IMG/VR virus record: IMGVR_UViG_3300031420_000495
Location: 128,001-192,000 of that record
Source: a virus
Lineage: Duplodnaviria > Caudoviricetes
DNA: 64,000 nucleotides
Reading direction: 5' to 3' (one strand)
A program made the translations under genes and the position numbers. The notes below the pieces were generated by a model that saw only the letters and a program-made list of their open reading frames with translations, was not told where the DNA came from and did not search any database. Shown piece by piece: positions 45,631 to 55,870 of this stretch (position 1 is the stretch's first letter; each line of letters opens with the position of its first letter).

Positions 45631-48600
45631 ATGCTTATTGACGGCCTTAACCTTGCCGAGGGCAGTACCCTCACCAATGCAATCATCGCTAGTGGAACTG
45701 AGTTTCCGCCAGCAACTCAAGGTGAACTCTTCTTCCGAAGCGACCTCGGAATGCTTCACGTCTTCAATGGTCAAACATGGCTTGGCATCGGCAATAGCTC
45801 TGCAATGCTCGACGATCATCCTGGTTCATATTACCTCGATCTTGGCAACGCAACAGGAATTTTGTCAGTTGCACAGGGCGGTACTGGCGTTGCTACTCTC
45901 GCAATGCTTCGCACCAACCTTGGACTGGATAACGTTCAGCCACTCGACGGCGACCTGACTGCAATCGCAGGTATTCAAACCAGTGCAGGTTTGCTGCGTA
46001 AGACTGCGGAAAATACTTGGGAACTTGACACAGCTACGTATCTGACTGACAACCAACCGATTACGGTGACGGGTGACGTTACTGGTGCAGGTGCAACCGC
46101 CATCAATACCACGCTGGCAAATGTCGGTGCAGCTGGAACGTATCGTTCGGTAACGACTGATGTAAAGGGCCGCGTAATCTCTGGCTCGAATCCAACCACG
46201 CTCGAAGGGTACGGCATCACTGACGCACAGCCGCTCGATGGCGATCTGACTTCAATCGCAGGTCTGACTGGTAGTTCTGGTCTGCCACGCAAAGTCGGTG
46301 CAAACTCCTGGGTTCTGGACACAGCATCCTACATCACTGGCAATCAAACAATCACCATTACTGGTGACGTGACCGGCTCCGGAACAACCGCGATTCCGCT
46401 GACTCTTGCTTCTGTGGGCGCACCTGGTACATACAAGTCGATTACAACCGACTCCAAAGGTCGTGTCACTGCTGGTACAAATCCAACAACACTCGCTGGT
46501 TTTGGCATCACTGATGCCCTGAAGAAAACTGACGACACGTTCACTGGCACATTGACGATGGTGGGTGACATCGTACCTGCGACAAACGTCACATACAATC
46601 TCGGTTCGCCGACGAAGATGTGGCGAGACATTTATGTCGGCCCAGGTTCGATTTACATGAACGGCAAAAAGATTCTGGAAGAAGTTGCTTCGACCGTTAT
46701 CTTCTCGTCCGATGACAATCAGAACGTTCGTATCGAAACGACTGGTACTGGTAATCTCGAACTGCAATCCGCAGTTGGTGGTGCGATCCAGATCAAGGGT
46801 ACTTTGTCGATTGCTTCTGGCAAACGCATCGTCGACTCCGCGGGTATTCAAGTTGAATTCGCAGACGACATCGCCATGAACGGCAACAAGGTTACTGGCC
46901 TTGCAGCTCCGACCGTTACGACTGACGCAGCAAACAAAGCATACGTTGACAATGCAACTCTTGCTGATACGACACTCGTTCGCACGACTGGCAATCAAAG
47001 TATTGCAGGCCAAAAGACCTTCACTGGTGACGTCATCCTCGCAGGCAATCTGACAATCTCTGGTACGACGACAACCGTCAATTCCCAGACTGTTCTGCTT
47101 GCTGACAACATTCTCGAACTGAACTCTGACTTCACCGCTGGTACGCCATCGGAAAATGCTGGTATTCAAATTCGTCGTGGCGACCTTGGCATTGCTCAGT
47201 TCCTGTGGGACGAAGCAAACGACCGCTTTACGATGATGACTGGTGCAAACGCACCTCTGCCGCTTTACACTGGGGCATCGATCACGGCTGGTTCGTTCGT
47301 TGGCCCACTGACTGGTAATGCGTCGACAGCAACTAAGCTTGCGACAGCACGCACAATCAACGGTGCATCTTTCGATGGTACGGCAAACATCAGCTACACA
47401 ACTGACGCAGTTGTGGAAGGTGCAACCAATCTGTACTTCACGAACACACGTGCTGCTGCAGCTGCTCCGGTTCAGTCGGTCTTTGGTCGCACTGGTGCTA
47501 TTGCGCTGACAAGTGCAGATGTGACTGGCGCATTGGCTTATACGCCTGCAAATAAAGCTGGTGACACGTTCACTGGTAATATCACTGCTCCGACTTTTAT
47601 CGGCGCGTTGACTGGCAACGCATCGACTGCTACGACTTTGCAAACAGCACGCACAATCAACGGTGTTTCATTCAACGGATCAGCAAACATTTCCTTCACA
47701 ACATCAGCAGTTGCTGAAGGTACAAATCTGTATCACACCACAGCTCGCGCAGCTGCCGCTGCACCTGTGCAATCCGTATTTGGACGTACAGGCGCGGTCA
47801 CAATGGCAAGTGCTGATGTGACGACTGCTCTTGGCTTTACACCAGCAAACATTGCTTCTCCGACTTTCACTGGCACGGTGACTGCACCGACGTTTGTGGG
47901 TGCACTTAGCGGTAATGCATCAACCGCAACCAAACTGGCAACTGCTCGCACGATCAATGGCGTGTCTTTTGACGGTTCAGCGAACATCACCTTGCCTGCG
48001 GCAACAAGCGCTGAAGTAATTTCGTCGCTTGGATACGCGCCTACACGTCAGGGTGGATTTACTTCGGGTGCACAACAATCCGTAAGTGCTATCACAACTC
48101 TTCGAAATGTAGCCAATCCTTCTATCGACGTTGGCTATGCAACTGGTGTTCGTTTCCGTTTTGGTTCGCAGAACGATGCCGATACAACCAACGGCTACGC
48201 AGACATCATCGACCTGTCGACCTATGTTGATTCCACAGGCGGTGGTGTCAACGCGTTGTATTTCAACAAGTCAAGCCAATTGATGACCCACAAGTTTGCA
48301 CCGGCCGGTGCAACTACATGGGTAGCTAAGACAGTTGCGTACACCGACAGTAATATCACTGGTAATGCTGCATCGGCTACCAAGCTGGCAACAGCTCGCA
48401 CGATCAACGGTGTTGCATTCGACGGTACAGCGAATATTACAGTTGCTGATGCTACGAAACTTCCGTTGACAGGCGGTACGCTCACAGGCTCGTTGACCAT
48501 GGCAAATGGTCGAGACATCATTCTTGCTGCAACTACCGGTGGCACAGATATGGGCGACATCGTTTTCCAAAATGGTGATGGCACAGAAAAGCACCGTCTG

Positions 48601-50256
48601 TACGACGGCACAACAGGTCTGTACTATCGCCTAAACGGTGGTACATCATATTTGCTCGTTCACGCAGGTAACGTCGGAACGTACAATGCTGGTTCAGCAA
48701 CGAAACTTGCAACCGCGCGTAACATCAATGGTGTTCCGTTCGACGGTTCTGCCGACATCACGATCACAGCTAGTGCGTCGACTGTACCATGGACAGGCGT
48801 CACAGGCAAGCCAACTCGCACAACGTGGAATGCTGACACTACTGCGAATGATTTCGTTGCGGGTCAACTGACATGGCGTTACTACGGCAACAGCCATACC
48901 ATCTTTGACGCAGGCGCCGGCGTTTCACCAACTGGCGCGACAATCGATAAAAACAATCCGCAGTACGCTTGGGCAACGCAATATCCTACACTGATGGGTT
49001 GGAATGGTACAGCAACCTACGGTGTCCGCGTTGACACTTCGCGTTATGCAGAAAATACCACGTGGGGTGGTGTTGCTAACAAGCCAACAACAGTTGCTGG
49101 CTATGGTATCACTGACGCAGTTGGTAGTGGCGGAACATTTGCTGCTGCGAACGTTGATACGATCGTCAACAGCGGTTACTACAATCAGCAGAACAGTGGC
49201 GACAGTCACACGGTAATTGTTCACAATGCGCAAGGCTCGACAGGTACTGTTCAACAGCGATTCCACTATATGGGTGGTTATGAATTCCGCAACCGCACGG
49301 ATAATGCTAACTGGTCTGCTTGGAAAACAGTTGTAACGAACTTGAACGTTGCGGGCTATGTGGCGGGTAACCCTGCAGCTTCTGCTCCAAAACTGACTGG
49401 CCCCGCATACACCAACGGTACTGACGGATGGTTCCGTAACACTGGGCAAACTGGTTGGTTCAATGATAGCTACTCAACTGGTTTGTATCCTGTTGGCGCG
49501 CAAGCTATTGGTACATACAACAATTCGCGTTTGCTGAGTAACCAGGGAACACCGGCATTGCCGTCGTTCTCCTTCGGTAACGACGCAGATACGGGTATCT
49601 ACTCGCCAAGCGATGGTATTCTTGGATTCAGTGTTAATGCGGTGCAGCGAGCGACGCTCACAGGCGATTTTTCCCTGACAGGCGGTGGTTTCTTCTCGAA
49701 CGGTCTCAGCTCTTTCAAGAACAATAAGGGTAGTGGCGTATATTCGGGTAACACCGCAAACTTTACCTACTTCTATTCGGATGACTCTGGCGCGGCAGGT
49801 TTCTCGTTCCACCGTGGTGGTGCGTATGCTGTCAACATGGCTCTTGATCCAGACAACGTCATCCGTATTGGCGGTTGGTCTGCTTCTGCAAACCGATTCG
49901 CGTTTGATATGGGTGGTAACTTCACTGCTGCTGGTGACGTTGCTGCGTTCTCTGACGAACGTCGTAAAACCAACTGGCGCGGCATCGACGATGACTTCGT
50001 TCAACGTTGGGCAACCGTCAAGCACGGTGTGTACGAACGTATCGACGAAGGCAATCGCGACCAACTCGGTCTCGGTGCTCAGTCGGTCCAGGCGATCCTG
50101 CCGAACGCAGTCCATGAGGACTCGGAAGGTTATCTGTCTCTGAACTACGGTGCTGCGGCTGGTGTTGCTACCGTTAAGCTGGCTCAGAAAGTTGTTGATC
50201 TTGAAGCTAAGATCGCGATGCTTGAAGCGAAACTCGAAGCACTCATGGGGAAATAA
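45631..50256 (+). CDS. tail fibre B (1541 aa) with S74 chaperone
   Basis: Multiple ATKLATARTINGVxFDGSANI repeats, PTTLxGYGITDA, GDVAAFSDERRKTNW. Confidence 0.9.
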   Translation: MLIDGLNLAEGSTLTNAIIASGTEFPPATQGELFFRSDLGMLHVFNGQTWLGIGNSSAMLDDHPGSYYLDLGNATGILSVAQGGTGVATLAMLRTNLGLDNVQPLDGDLTAIAGIQTSAGLLRKTAENTWELDTATYLTDNQPITVTGDVTGAGATAINTTLANVGAAGTYRSVTTDVKGRVISGSNPTTLEGYGITDAQPLDGDLTSIAGLTGSSGLPRKVGANSWVLDTASYITGNQTITITGDVTGSGTTAIPLTLASVGAPGTYKSITTDSKGRVTAGTNPTTLAGFGITDALKKTDDTFTGTLTMVGDIVPATNVTYNLGSPTKMWRDIYVGPGSIYMNGKKILEEVASTVIFSSDDNQNVRIETTGTGNLELQSAVGGAIQIKGTLSIASGKRIVDSAGIQVEFADDIAMNGNKVTGLAAPTVTTDAANKAYVDNATLADTTLVRTTGNQSIAGQKTFTGDVILAGNLTISGTTTTVNSQTVLLADNILELNSDFTAGTPSENAGIQIRRGDLGIAQFLWDEANDRFTMMTGANAPLPLYTGASITAGSFVGPLTGNASTATKLATARTINGASFDGTANISYTTDAVVEGATNLYFTNTRAAAAAPVQSVFGRTGAIALTSADVTGALAYTPANKAGDTFTGNITAPTFIGALTGNASTATTLQTARTINGVSFNGSANISFTTSAVAEGTNLYHTTARAAAAAPVQSVFGRTGAVTMASADVTTALGFTPANIASPTFTGTVTAPTFVGALSGNASTATKLATARTINGVSFDGSANITLPAATSAEVISSLGYAPTRQGGFTSGAQQSVSAITTLRNVANPSIDVGYATGVRFRFGSQNDADTTNGYADIIDLSTYVDSTGGGVNALYFNKSSQLMTHKFAPAGATTWVAKTVAYTDSNITGNAASATKLATARTINGVAFDGTANITVADATKLPLTGGTLTGSLTMANGRDIILAATTGGTDMGDIVFQNGDGTEKHRLYDGTTGLYYRLNGGTSYLLVHAGNVGTYNAGSATKLATARNINGVPFDGSADITITASASTVPWTGVTGKPTRTTWNADTTANDFVAGQLTWRYYGNSHTIFDAGAGVSPTGATIDKNNPQYAWATQYPTLMGWNGTATYGVRVDTSRYAENTTWGGVANKPTTVAGYGITDAVGSGGTFAAANVDTIVNSGYYNQQNSGDSHTVIVHNAQGSTGTVQQRFHYMGGYEFRNRTDNANWSAWKTVVTNLNVAGYVAGNPAASAPKLTGPAYTNGTDGWFRNTGQTGWFNDSYSTGLYPVGAQAIGTYNNSRLLSNQGTPALPSFSFGNDADTGIYSPSDGILGFSVNAVQRATLTGDFSLTGGGFFSNGLSSFKNNKGSGVYSGNTANFTYFYSDDSGAAGFSFHRGGAYAVNMALDPDNVIRIGGWSASANRFAFDMGGNFTAAGDVAAFSDERRKTNWRGIDDDFVQRWATVKHGVYERIDEGNRDQLGLGAQSVQAILPNAVHEDSEGYLSLNYGAAAGVATVKLAQKVVDLEAKIAMLEAKLEALMGK

Positions 50257-50257
50257 C

Positions 50258-50893
50258 ATGGCACTTCAATCGAGCGGCACAATTTACGTGTCGCAGATCA
50301 ACCCGTACATCGGGCTGTCTGCGACAGCGAATATCTGGTTCAGCCACCAGGCGATGAGAAATCTCGCAGGCGTTTCGAGCGGTCTTATCAAGATGTCGAA
50401 CTTCTATGGTAAGCCAGTGAGCACAGGCGGATCAACCGGCGACACCGGTGGCGGTGGCGGACAATGCGTCGCTGTATCTTCGTTCTTGCCAGATGGAAAA
50501 CTTGCTGGTGAAATTCAGGTTGGCGACACGATGATGCTTGCTGACGAGACAACTCTCGATCCAAGCACTGGCGTAGTTACAATGTCTGTTCCGAGTGTTC
50601 AACCAGGCTATCGTTTCCGTACATCATCGGGCGCAAGTCTTGTGTGCTCGGATTCTGCACCGATTCCAACAAAGAATAACGGATACAAAACGCCGATCGA
50701 TCTTCTCGGCCAATTGGTTCCTGTTCGTCATGATGCATACGACGGATACATTTTTGCTTGGGAACTCGTTGAGTCCGTCGAAAGCGTAGGCGACATCGAA
50801 GTTCAGATGATAACCGTAGGCGACAAGTGCTTCTGGGCTGGCGAGCAACCTGGCGCATTTATTCTTCACCACAATCTGAAACAAATCGCTTGA
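50258..50893 (+). CDS. fibre-tip-like protein with C-terminal Hint (intein-like) domain
   Basis: N-terminal MALQSSGTIxxSQIN...LAG.SSG.I.MSNFYGK, Gly linker, then C70 (CVAVSSFL) ... VQMITVG..CFWAG ... ILHHN. Confidence 0.8.
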   Translation: MALQSSGTIYVSQINPYIGLSATANIWFSHQAMRNLAGVSSGLIKMSNFYGKPVSTGGSTGDTGGGGGQCVAVSSFLPDGKLAGEIQVGDTMMLADETTLDPSTGVVTMSVPSVQPGYRFRTSSGASLVCSDSAPIPTKNNGYKTPIDLLGQLVPVRHDAYDGYIFAWELVESVESVGDIEVQMITVGDKCFWAGEQPGAFILHHNLKQIA

Positions 50894-50907
50894 AGCAGCA
50901 CTTGACG

Positions 50908-50913
50908 TAAATA
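50908..50913 (+). promoter_or_regulatory. late promoter box TAAATA
   Basis: Upstream of fibre C. Confidence 0.5.
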
Positions 50914-50937
50914 GCAGGTCACCTTTAGGAATAGACT

Positions 50938-53900
50938 ATGCTTATTGACCGTCCACAAGTAGTAGAAGGTAGTTCCATTCAGAACGCAACAGTTCCGAGT
51001 GGACCTACCTTTCCAACATTGCCGAATGCTGGCGAACTCTTTTATCTCACCACCGCGTCTGGTTCAAATCCAGTTGGCCTGTATTCGTACTCTGGCGGAG
51101 GATGGGAAGCATCTGCAAAGAATGCAACACTCGTTGCGCACATGGCCGATGACGATCGCCACCTCACGGCAGCGCAAAACACATTGATCGATGCTATCAC
51201 GGTCACAGCAGCGGACATCAACTCGATTCCAAGCGTCACGACTCGCGTTACGACTACCGAAACGAATCTCGCAAATCACATCGCGGATTTGACCAAACAC
51301 TTGACTCCAGCGCAGAACACGTTCTTGGATGCGCTGAATCTTCCGACACTGACTGCAGCCCACGTGAACTTCGTGACGGGCGTAACGTCGAATATTCAAA
51401 GTCAGCTTGACGCAATCAAGGCGGTTGACTCTCAGCAATCATCTGACATCAGCAATCTGCAATCGACCCAGGCATCTGGACAATCGTCGTTGCAATCCCA
51501 GTTGAATGCCCACGTCGCCGACGACACACGTCACTTGACTGCTGCACAGAATACTTTGCTTGACGGCATTACCGTTGACTTCACGCAGATCAATCGTCTC
51601 ACTGGGCTTACTTCGTATCTCGATACGTTTACAACTGGCCAAACACTTGTCACACGTTTGACTGGGCTCGATGCGACCAAGCTGAACATTGACGGCACGA
51701 AATCGATGACTGGTGACCTGAATATGGGTTCCAGGAGAATCACGAATCTTGCAACACCAACTGTAGCAAGCGATGCCGCAACCAAAGATTACGTTGACAG
51801 CTTTGTTCAGGGTCTGCACTGGGTAGGTTCTGTCTGGGTCGCAACGACTCAGAACATCGCGCTTTCTGGTTTGCAAACAATTGACAGCATTGCACTCGCT
51901 GCAGGCGATCGTGTGCTTGTCAAGAACCAAACGACTGCTTCGCAAAACGGTATCTGGGTTGTGGCTGCAGGTGCATGGACTCGTGCAAACGACTTCAACT
52001 CAGCGATCGAAATCAACAACTCAGCTGTGTTCGTTCTGCAAGGTGCAACACAGGGCAAATCAACTTGGGTTCAGCTCAGCACTGTTACGACTGTCGCAAC
52101 TGATCCGATCACTTGGTCCGCATTCTCTGGTCCAGTCATCAACAGCGCTGGTGCAGGTATCTCGCTCGGAACTGGTGGACAGGTTTCTGTTGTCGAAGGT
52201 GCAGGTCTGACATTCAGCGGAAACGCTATTGTTGCTGACGTGCATCCGTCCGGTGGTCTGATGACGACCCTGGATAACGCAACAGCTTCGACCGATGCAG
52301 CAGCCGAACTTGCACTGACAAACGTCGGTACGCCAGGAACATATCGTTCGGTAACAACCGATGCGAAAGGCCGTGTCACGTCCGGATCAAATCCAACGGT
52401 ATCGATCGCGCAAGGCGGTACTGGTGCAATAACTGGTCCAGCAGCTTTGACTTCACTCGGCGCTTTGCCAATTGCTGGCGGAACAATGACGGGTCCGTTG
52501 CAGGTCAAGAGCAACACACTCCTTGGTTCTAACTCAGTTGGAACATTTAACGGTTCCGGCTCAGCGTTGACAGTTGTGCACGTCGGATCAGGTACCGAGT
52601 ACGGTATCACGATCGCGCCGACGACGTCGACGTCAATCACGAATACAATCAATTTCCTCAGCTCTGCGTCGACACCGTCTGCACCTGTAGCAGTTGGTGC
52701 TATTCAATTGCTCGTCAACAATTCTGGTCTGAATTTGTCTGGCCCATGGTCTGTCAACGGTAGTTCGATTTATTCTACGGCCGGCGGTGAAATGACTGGC
52801 CAGCCAATCGTTCGCGCGTCAGACAGCGGAATGATTCTGCAGTCGCGTAATACTTCCCCAACGACTATACCATATCAGTTTTACATTCAGCACAATCTGG
52901 GCAATGTCGTCATCGGCAACGAACGTGGCGGCGTTCAGCTGAACGGTAATGCATCGACGGCAAGCTCTGTGCCATGGTCCGGTATCACAGCGCGTCCAAC
53001 ACGGACGAACTGGGCAGATAATGCCGGCAATGACATTATCGCTGGACAGTTGACATGGCGTAACTACAATAACAATCACACGGTCTTTGATGCGTCATCT
53101 GGCGTTAGTCCAACTGGAGCTACAATCGACAGGATCAATCCGTCTGTCGGCTGGACTGAGACGTACCCAACTCTCATGGGTTGGAATGGTCAGCAAACGT
53201 ATGGTGTGCGTGTTGACACATGCCGCGTTTCAGATATTACGAATCAGACAACTATTGGTCGCGTCGGTACTCTTGGCCCTGGTTATGGTTCATACGGTTC
53301 GATCAACGTAGCTGGCAATACAAACGGCTGGGCAGGTATTTCGTTTTCAGACTATAACGCAACGTTCATGGTCAATGGCTCACAGTCAGGTGTTTATCGA
53401 AACAACAATTCGTGGGATTGGAAGTTCGATTCAAACGGCGTGCTTTCGACTGGTACAGTACCAGGCACAAGCGTAACGGGCACGGTTGCTAGTGCAACAC
53501 TCGCTGCAAAAGCATCTACACTTGTGTTGGGCGGCGGCACAGGGAATGGCGCGGTATTCAATTGGTCCGGACAAGGTGGACAACCTACCTGGTTGTGGGG
53601 CGGTAGCGATGGCGTCAATATGTACGTTTACAATCCGTCAAACTTCTCTGTTGCAAGCGCAGGTTCGGCCGGTTCGGCAGCAAGACTTACTGGTCCAGCA
53701 AACGTCAATGGTACTGACGGATGGTTCCGTTCAACAGGTGCAGCTGGCTGGTATAACTCGGATTATGCGGTTGGTATCTACTCGTCAGAAGCTGGTAACG
53801 TTCGCACGTACAATAACTCCCGTTTCATTAGCAATCAAGGTAGTGCAACGCTTCCAGCGTTTTCATTTACAAATGATACTGACACAGGTTTTTATTCTGA

Positions 53901-54648
53901 AAGTGATGGATACCTAAACATCACAGTGAACGGCACATATCGCGGTCGTTTCGACAGTGCTGGTAATCTTGGTGTGAACGGCAACTTTTACGGCGGTGGC
54001 GCTGGACTGACTGGTACAGCTGGCAGCTTGACATCGGGTAACACCAACTCTATTGCTGGTGCTATCGGAACTGGTTACACTTGGTCTGGCATTCAAGTCT
54101 TTAAGACGAATAAGGGAAGTGGCGTATATTCGGGCAACACAAACTCGTTCACTCAGTTCTACTCGGACGACTCAGGTGCAGCAGGTTTCTCGTTCCACCG
54201 AGGTGGCGCGTATGCAGTCAACATGGCTCTTGATCCAGACAATATCATTCGCATCGGTGGATGGTCCGCATCAGGCGGTCGCTTCGCATTCGACATGGGT
54301 GGTAACTTCACAGCAGCGGGTGACGTCACTGCTTTCTCTGACGAACGTCTGAAAACGAACTGGCGCGACATCACAACCAGTTTCGTTGATAAGTGGGCAA
54401 ACGTGAAACACGGTGTGTTCGAACGTATAGATACAGGAAACACTCAGATCGGTCTCTCGGCCCAGGCAGTTCAAGCAGTCGTGCCTGAGGCAGTTGCAGA
54501 AGACAAAGATGGAATGCTGTCTGTAAACTACGGTGCTGTATCGGCAGTCGCAACGGTGAAGCTTGCCGAAGAAGTAATCGAGCTTCGTAAACAACTTCAA
54601 ATGCAGGGCGAGCTGATCAAGCTGCTCATGGAAAAACAAGGACTCTAA
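50938..54648 (+). CDS. tail fibre C (1236 aa) with S74 chaperone
   Basis: GLQTIDSIALAAGDRVLVKNQ domain; blocks shared with fibres A and B; GDVTAFSDERLKTNW. Confidence 0.9.
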   Translation: MLIDRPQVVEGSSIQNATVPSGPTFPTLPNAGELFYLTTASGSNPVGLYSYSGGGWEASAKNATLVAHMADDDRHLTAAQNTLIDAITVTAADINSIPSVTTRVTTTETNLANHIADLTKHLTPAQNTFLDALNLPTLTAAHVNFVTGVTSNIQSQLDAIKAVDSQQSSDISNLQSTQASGQSSLQSQLNAHVADDTRHLTAAQNTLLDGITVDFTQINRLTGLTSYLDTFTTGQTLVTRLTGLDATKLNIDGTKSMTGDLNMGSRRITNLATPTVASDAATKDYVDSFVQGLHWVGSVWVATTQNIALSGLQTIDSIALAAGDRVLVKNQTTASQNGIWVVAAGAWTRANDFNSAIEINNSAVFVLQGATQGKSTWVQLSTVTTVATDPITWSAFSGPVINSAGAGISLGTGGQVSVVEGAGLTFSGNAIVADVHPSGGLMTTLDNATASTDAAAELALTNVGTPGTYRSVTTDAKGRVTSGSNPTVSIAQGGTGAITGPAALTSLGALPIAGGTMTGPLQVKSNTLLGSNSVGTFNGSGSALTVVHVGSGTEYGITIAPTTSTSITNTINFLSSASTPSAPVAVGAIQLLVNNSGLNLSGPWSVNGSSIYSTAGGEMTGQPIVRASDSGMILQSRNTSPTTIPYQFYIQHNLGNVVIGNERGGVQLNGNASTASSVPWSGITARPTRTNWADNAGNDIIAGQLTWRNYNNNHTVFDASSGVSPTGATIDRINPSVGWTETYPTLMGWNGQQTYGVRVDTCRVSDITNQTTIGRVGTLGPGYGSYGSINVAGNTNGWAGISFSDYNATFMVNGSQSGVYRNNNSWDWKFDSNGVLSTGTVPGTSVTGTVASATLAAKASTLVLGGGTGNGAVFNWSGQGGQPTWLWGGSDGVNMYVYNPSNFSVASAGSAGSAARLTGPANVNGTDGWFRSTGAAGWYNSDYAVGIYSSEAGNVRTYNNSRFISNQGSATLPAFSFTNDTDTGFYSESDGYLNITVNGTYRGRFDSAGNLGVNGNFYGGGAGLTGTAGSLTSGNTNSIAGAIGTGYTWSGIQVFKTNKGSGVYSGNTNSFTQFYSDDSGAAGFSFHRGGAYAVNMALDPDNIIRIGGWSASGGRFAFDMGGNFTAAGDVTAFSDERLKTNWRDITTSFVDKWANVKHGVFERIDTGNTQIGLSAQAVQAVVPEAVAEDKDGMLSVNYGAVSAVATVKLAEEVIELRKQLQMQGELIKLLMEKQGL

Positions 54649-55314
54649 ATGAACACAATCAAGAACATTACCGTTACGCCTGATGAAACCGGTAATCTTT
54701 CCGTACTCAAATATACTGCGTCATTTACGGATGACAACGGGAAAGAGTTTACAAGGGATATGCGATTCTCAACTATTCTGCCTCCGCCAACAGGTGACGA
54801 GTATTCGCCTCAGGAACTTCAGACAGCTGCAATGAATCATGCAAACTCGAACGGTGTTTTTGACCAGTTGAGGTCCGAAGCTATCATATCAATGACACCG
54901 GTCTTCGATCCTGCATCGGTGCCTACGCCGCCACCGATGCCAGAAGATCAACGTCGCGCCAACATGATTTACAATGTGGACATGCGCGTTGCCGAAGTCA
55001 CCGGAACATTTACTCGATTCCAGATGGAATATGAGTCTCGTGAAAAAGCGGCGATGGCATACCGTGATGCTGGTTATAACGGTGACCCGACATTGTGGAT
55101 CACAGCTTTTGCAGACGCGGCTGGCATGGACTACCGTTCGGCAACTGATCTGATTCTCCAACAAGCATCCGTTCTTCGCGATGCTGTCATGCAGCTCGGT
55201 GCAGCGCGTATGAACAAGTACAAGATTCAGTCAGCGCCTGACATCGAAACAGCTCTGGCAGAATACAACTCGATCATGGCCGAAATCGAAAGAATCGCTT
55301 CGACGTTGCCATAA
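54649..55314 (+). CDS. tail fibre assembly/chaperone-like protein
   Basis: Position after the fibre; EYESREKAAMAY...WITAFADAAG pattern. Confidence 0.6.
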   Translation: MNTIKNITVTPDETGNLSVLKYTASFTDDNGKEFTRDMRFSTILPPPTGDEYSPQELQTAAMNHANSNGVFDQLRSEAIISMTPVFDPASVPTPPPMPEDQRRANMIYNVDMRVAEVTGTFTRFQMEYESREKAAMAYRDAGYNGDPTLWITAFADAAGMDYRSATDLILQQASVLRDAVMQLGAARMNKYKIQSAPDIETALAEYNSIMAEIERIASTLP

Positions 55315-55335
55315 AGAAGCTTTCGCAGGGAAATA

Positions 55336-55869
55336 ATGACGACTCCAACTGGACAAATTAGAGCATCAGATGTGAACGCTGAATTGCAGAGAACCGGCAG
55401 TCAGCGTATCAATCTGAATGACACAGTAGTAAGAACGCTTGCTGGCGTCGGCGGAAGTGGAACTACGATTAGTCTTAGCACGCTTCGTGGTAAGAGTAGC
55501 TTTTCTGGATTCAGGGTGAACTTGGTTCTTACGCAAAACCCGATATATTACGCCTATGTTCGACCGGGATATATTGGCACCACAAGTGATTCGGCAGGTA
55601 CTGGGTCACTATCGCCAGACGCTATTGGAAATATCAGGCCTACCTATATTTCATCCACCATCAGTGATGGTGGATTTGGTTTTTATCTAATGGGCATTTT
55701 ACCACAAAACGTTTTTAATTCAGTGAACATTGATGGAAAATATACGCTGTATTCATCAAACTGCTCTTTTTATCAGTTGAACTCGCCTGGACAAGAACAG
55801 ACAACGTTTTACTGGCCAACTGCCATGCTGAACCTAGGACCAGGACAACACACACTGTTGTTTGCATAA
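55336..55869 (+). CDS. fibre-tip/adhesin-like protein
   Basis: N-terminal GQIRASDVNAEL...LNDTVVRTLAG..G.ISLSTLRGKS, related to 50258; AT-rich, aromatic/Gly-rich C-terminus. Confidence 0.7.
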   Translation: MTTPTGQIRASDVNAELQRTGSQRINLNDTVVRTLAGVGGSGTTISLSTLRGKSSFSGFRVNLVLTQNPIYYAYVRPGYIGTTSDSAGTGSLSPDAIGNIRPTYISSTISDGGFGFYLMGILPQNVFNSVNIDGKYTLYSSNCSFYQLNSPGQEQTTFYWPTAMLNLGPGQHTLLFA

Positions 55870-55870
55870 T

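Noticed and set aside
50258-50893. True intein inserted in a host gene
   Set aside because: Only five residues follow the terminal Asn, the +1 residue is Leu, and there is no endonuclease domain; better described as a terminal Hint domain
49700-54400. Diversity-generating retroelement (TR/VR) between the near-identical 3' regions of fibres B and C
   Set aside because: Differences are mostly synonymous third-position changes, not adenine-specific; no reverse transcriptase in the window
39578-55869. Shufflon/invertase switching of fibre tips
   Set aside because: No recombinase gene and no short inverted crossover sites around the fibre 3' ends were seen; all fibres point the same way
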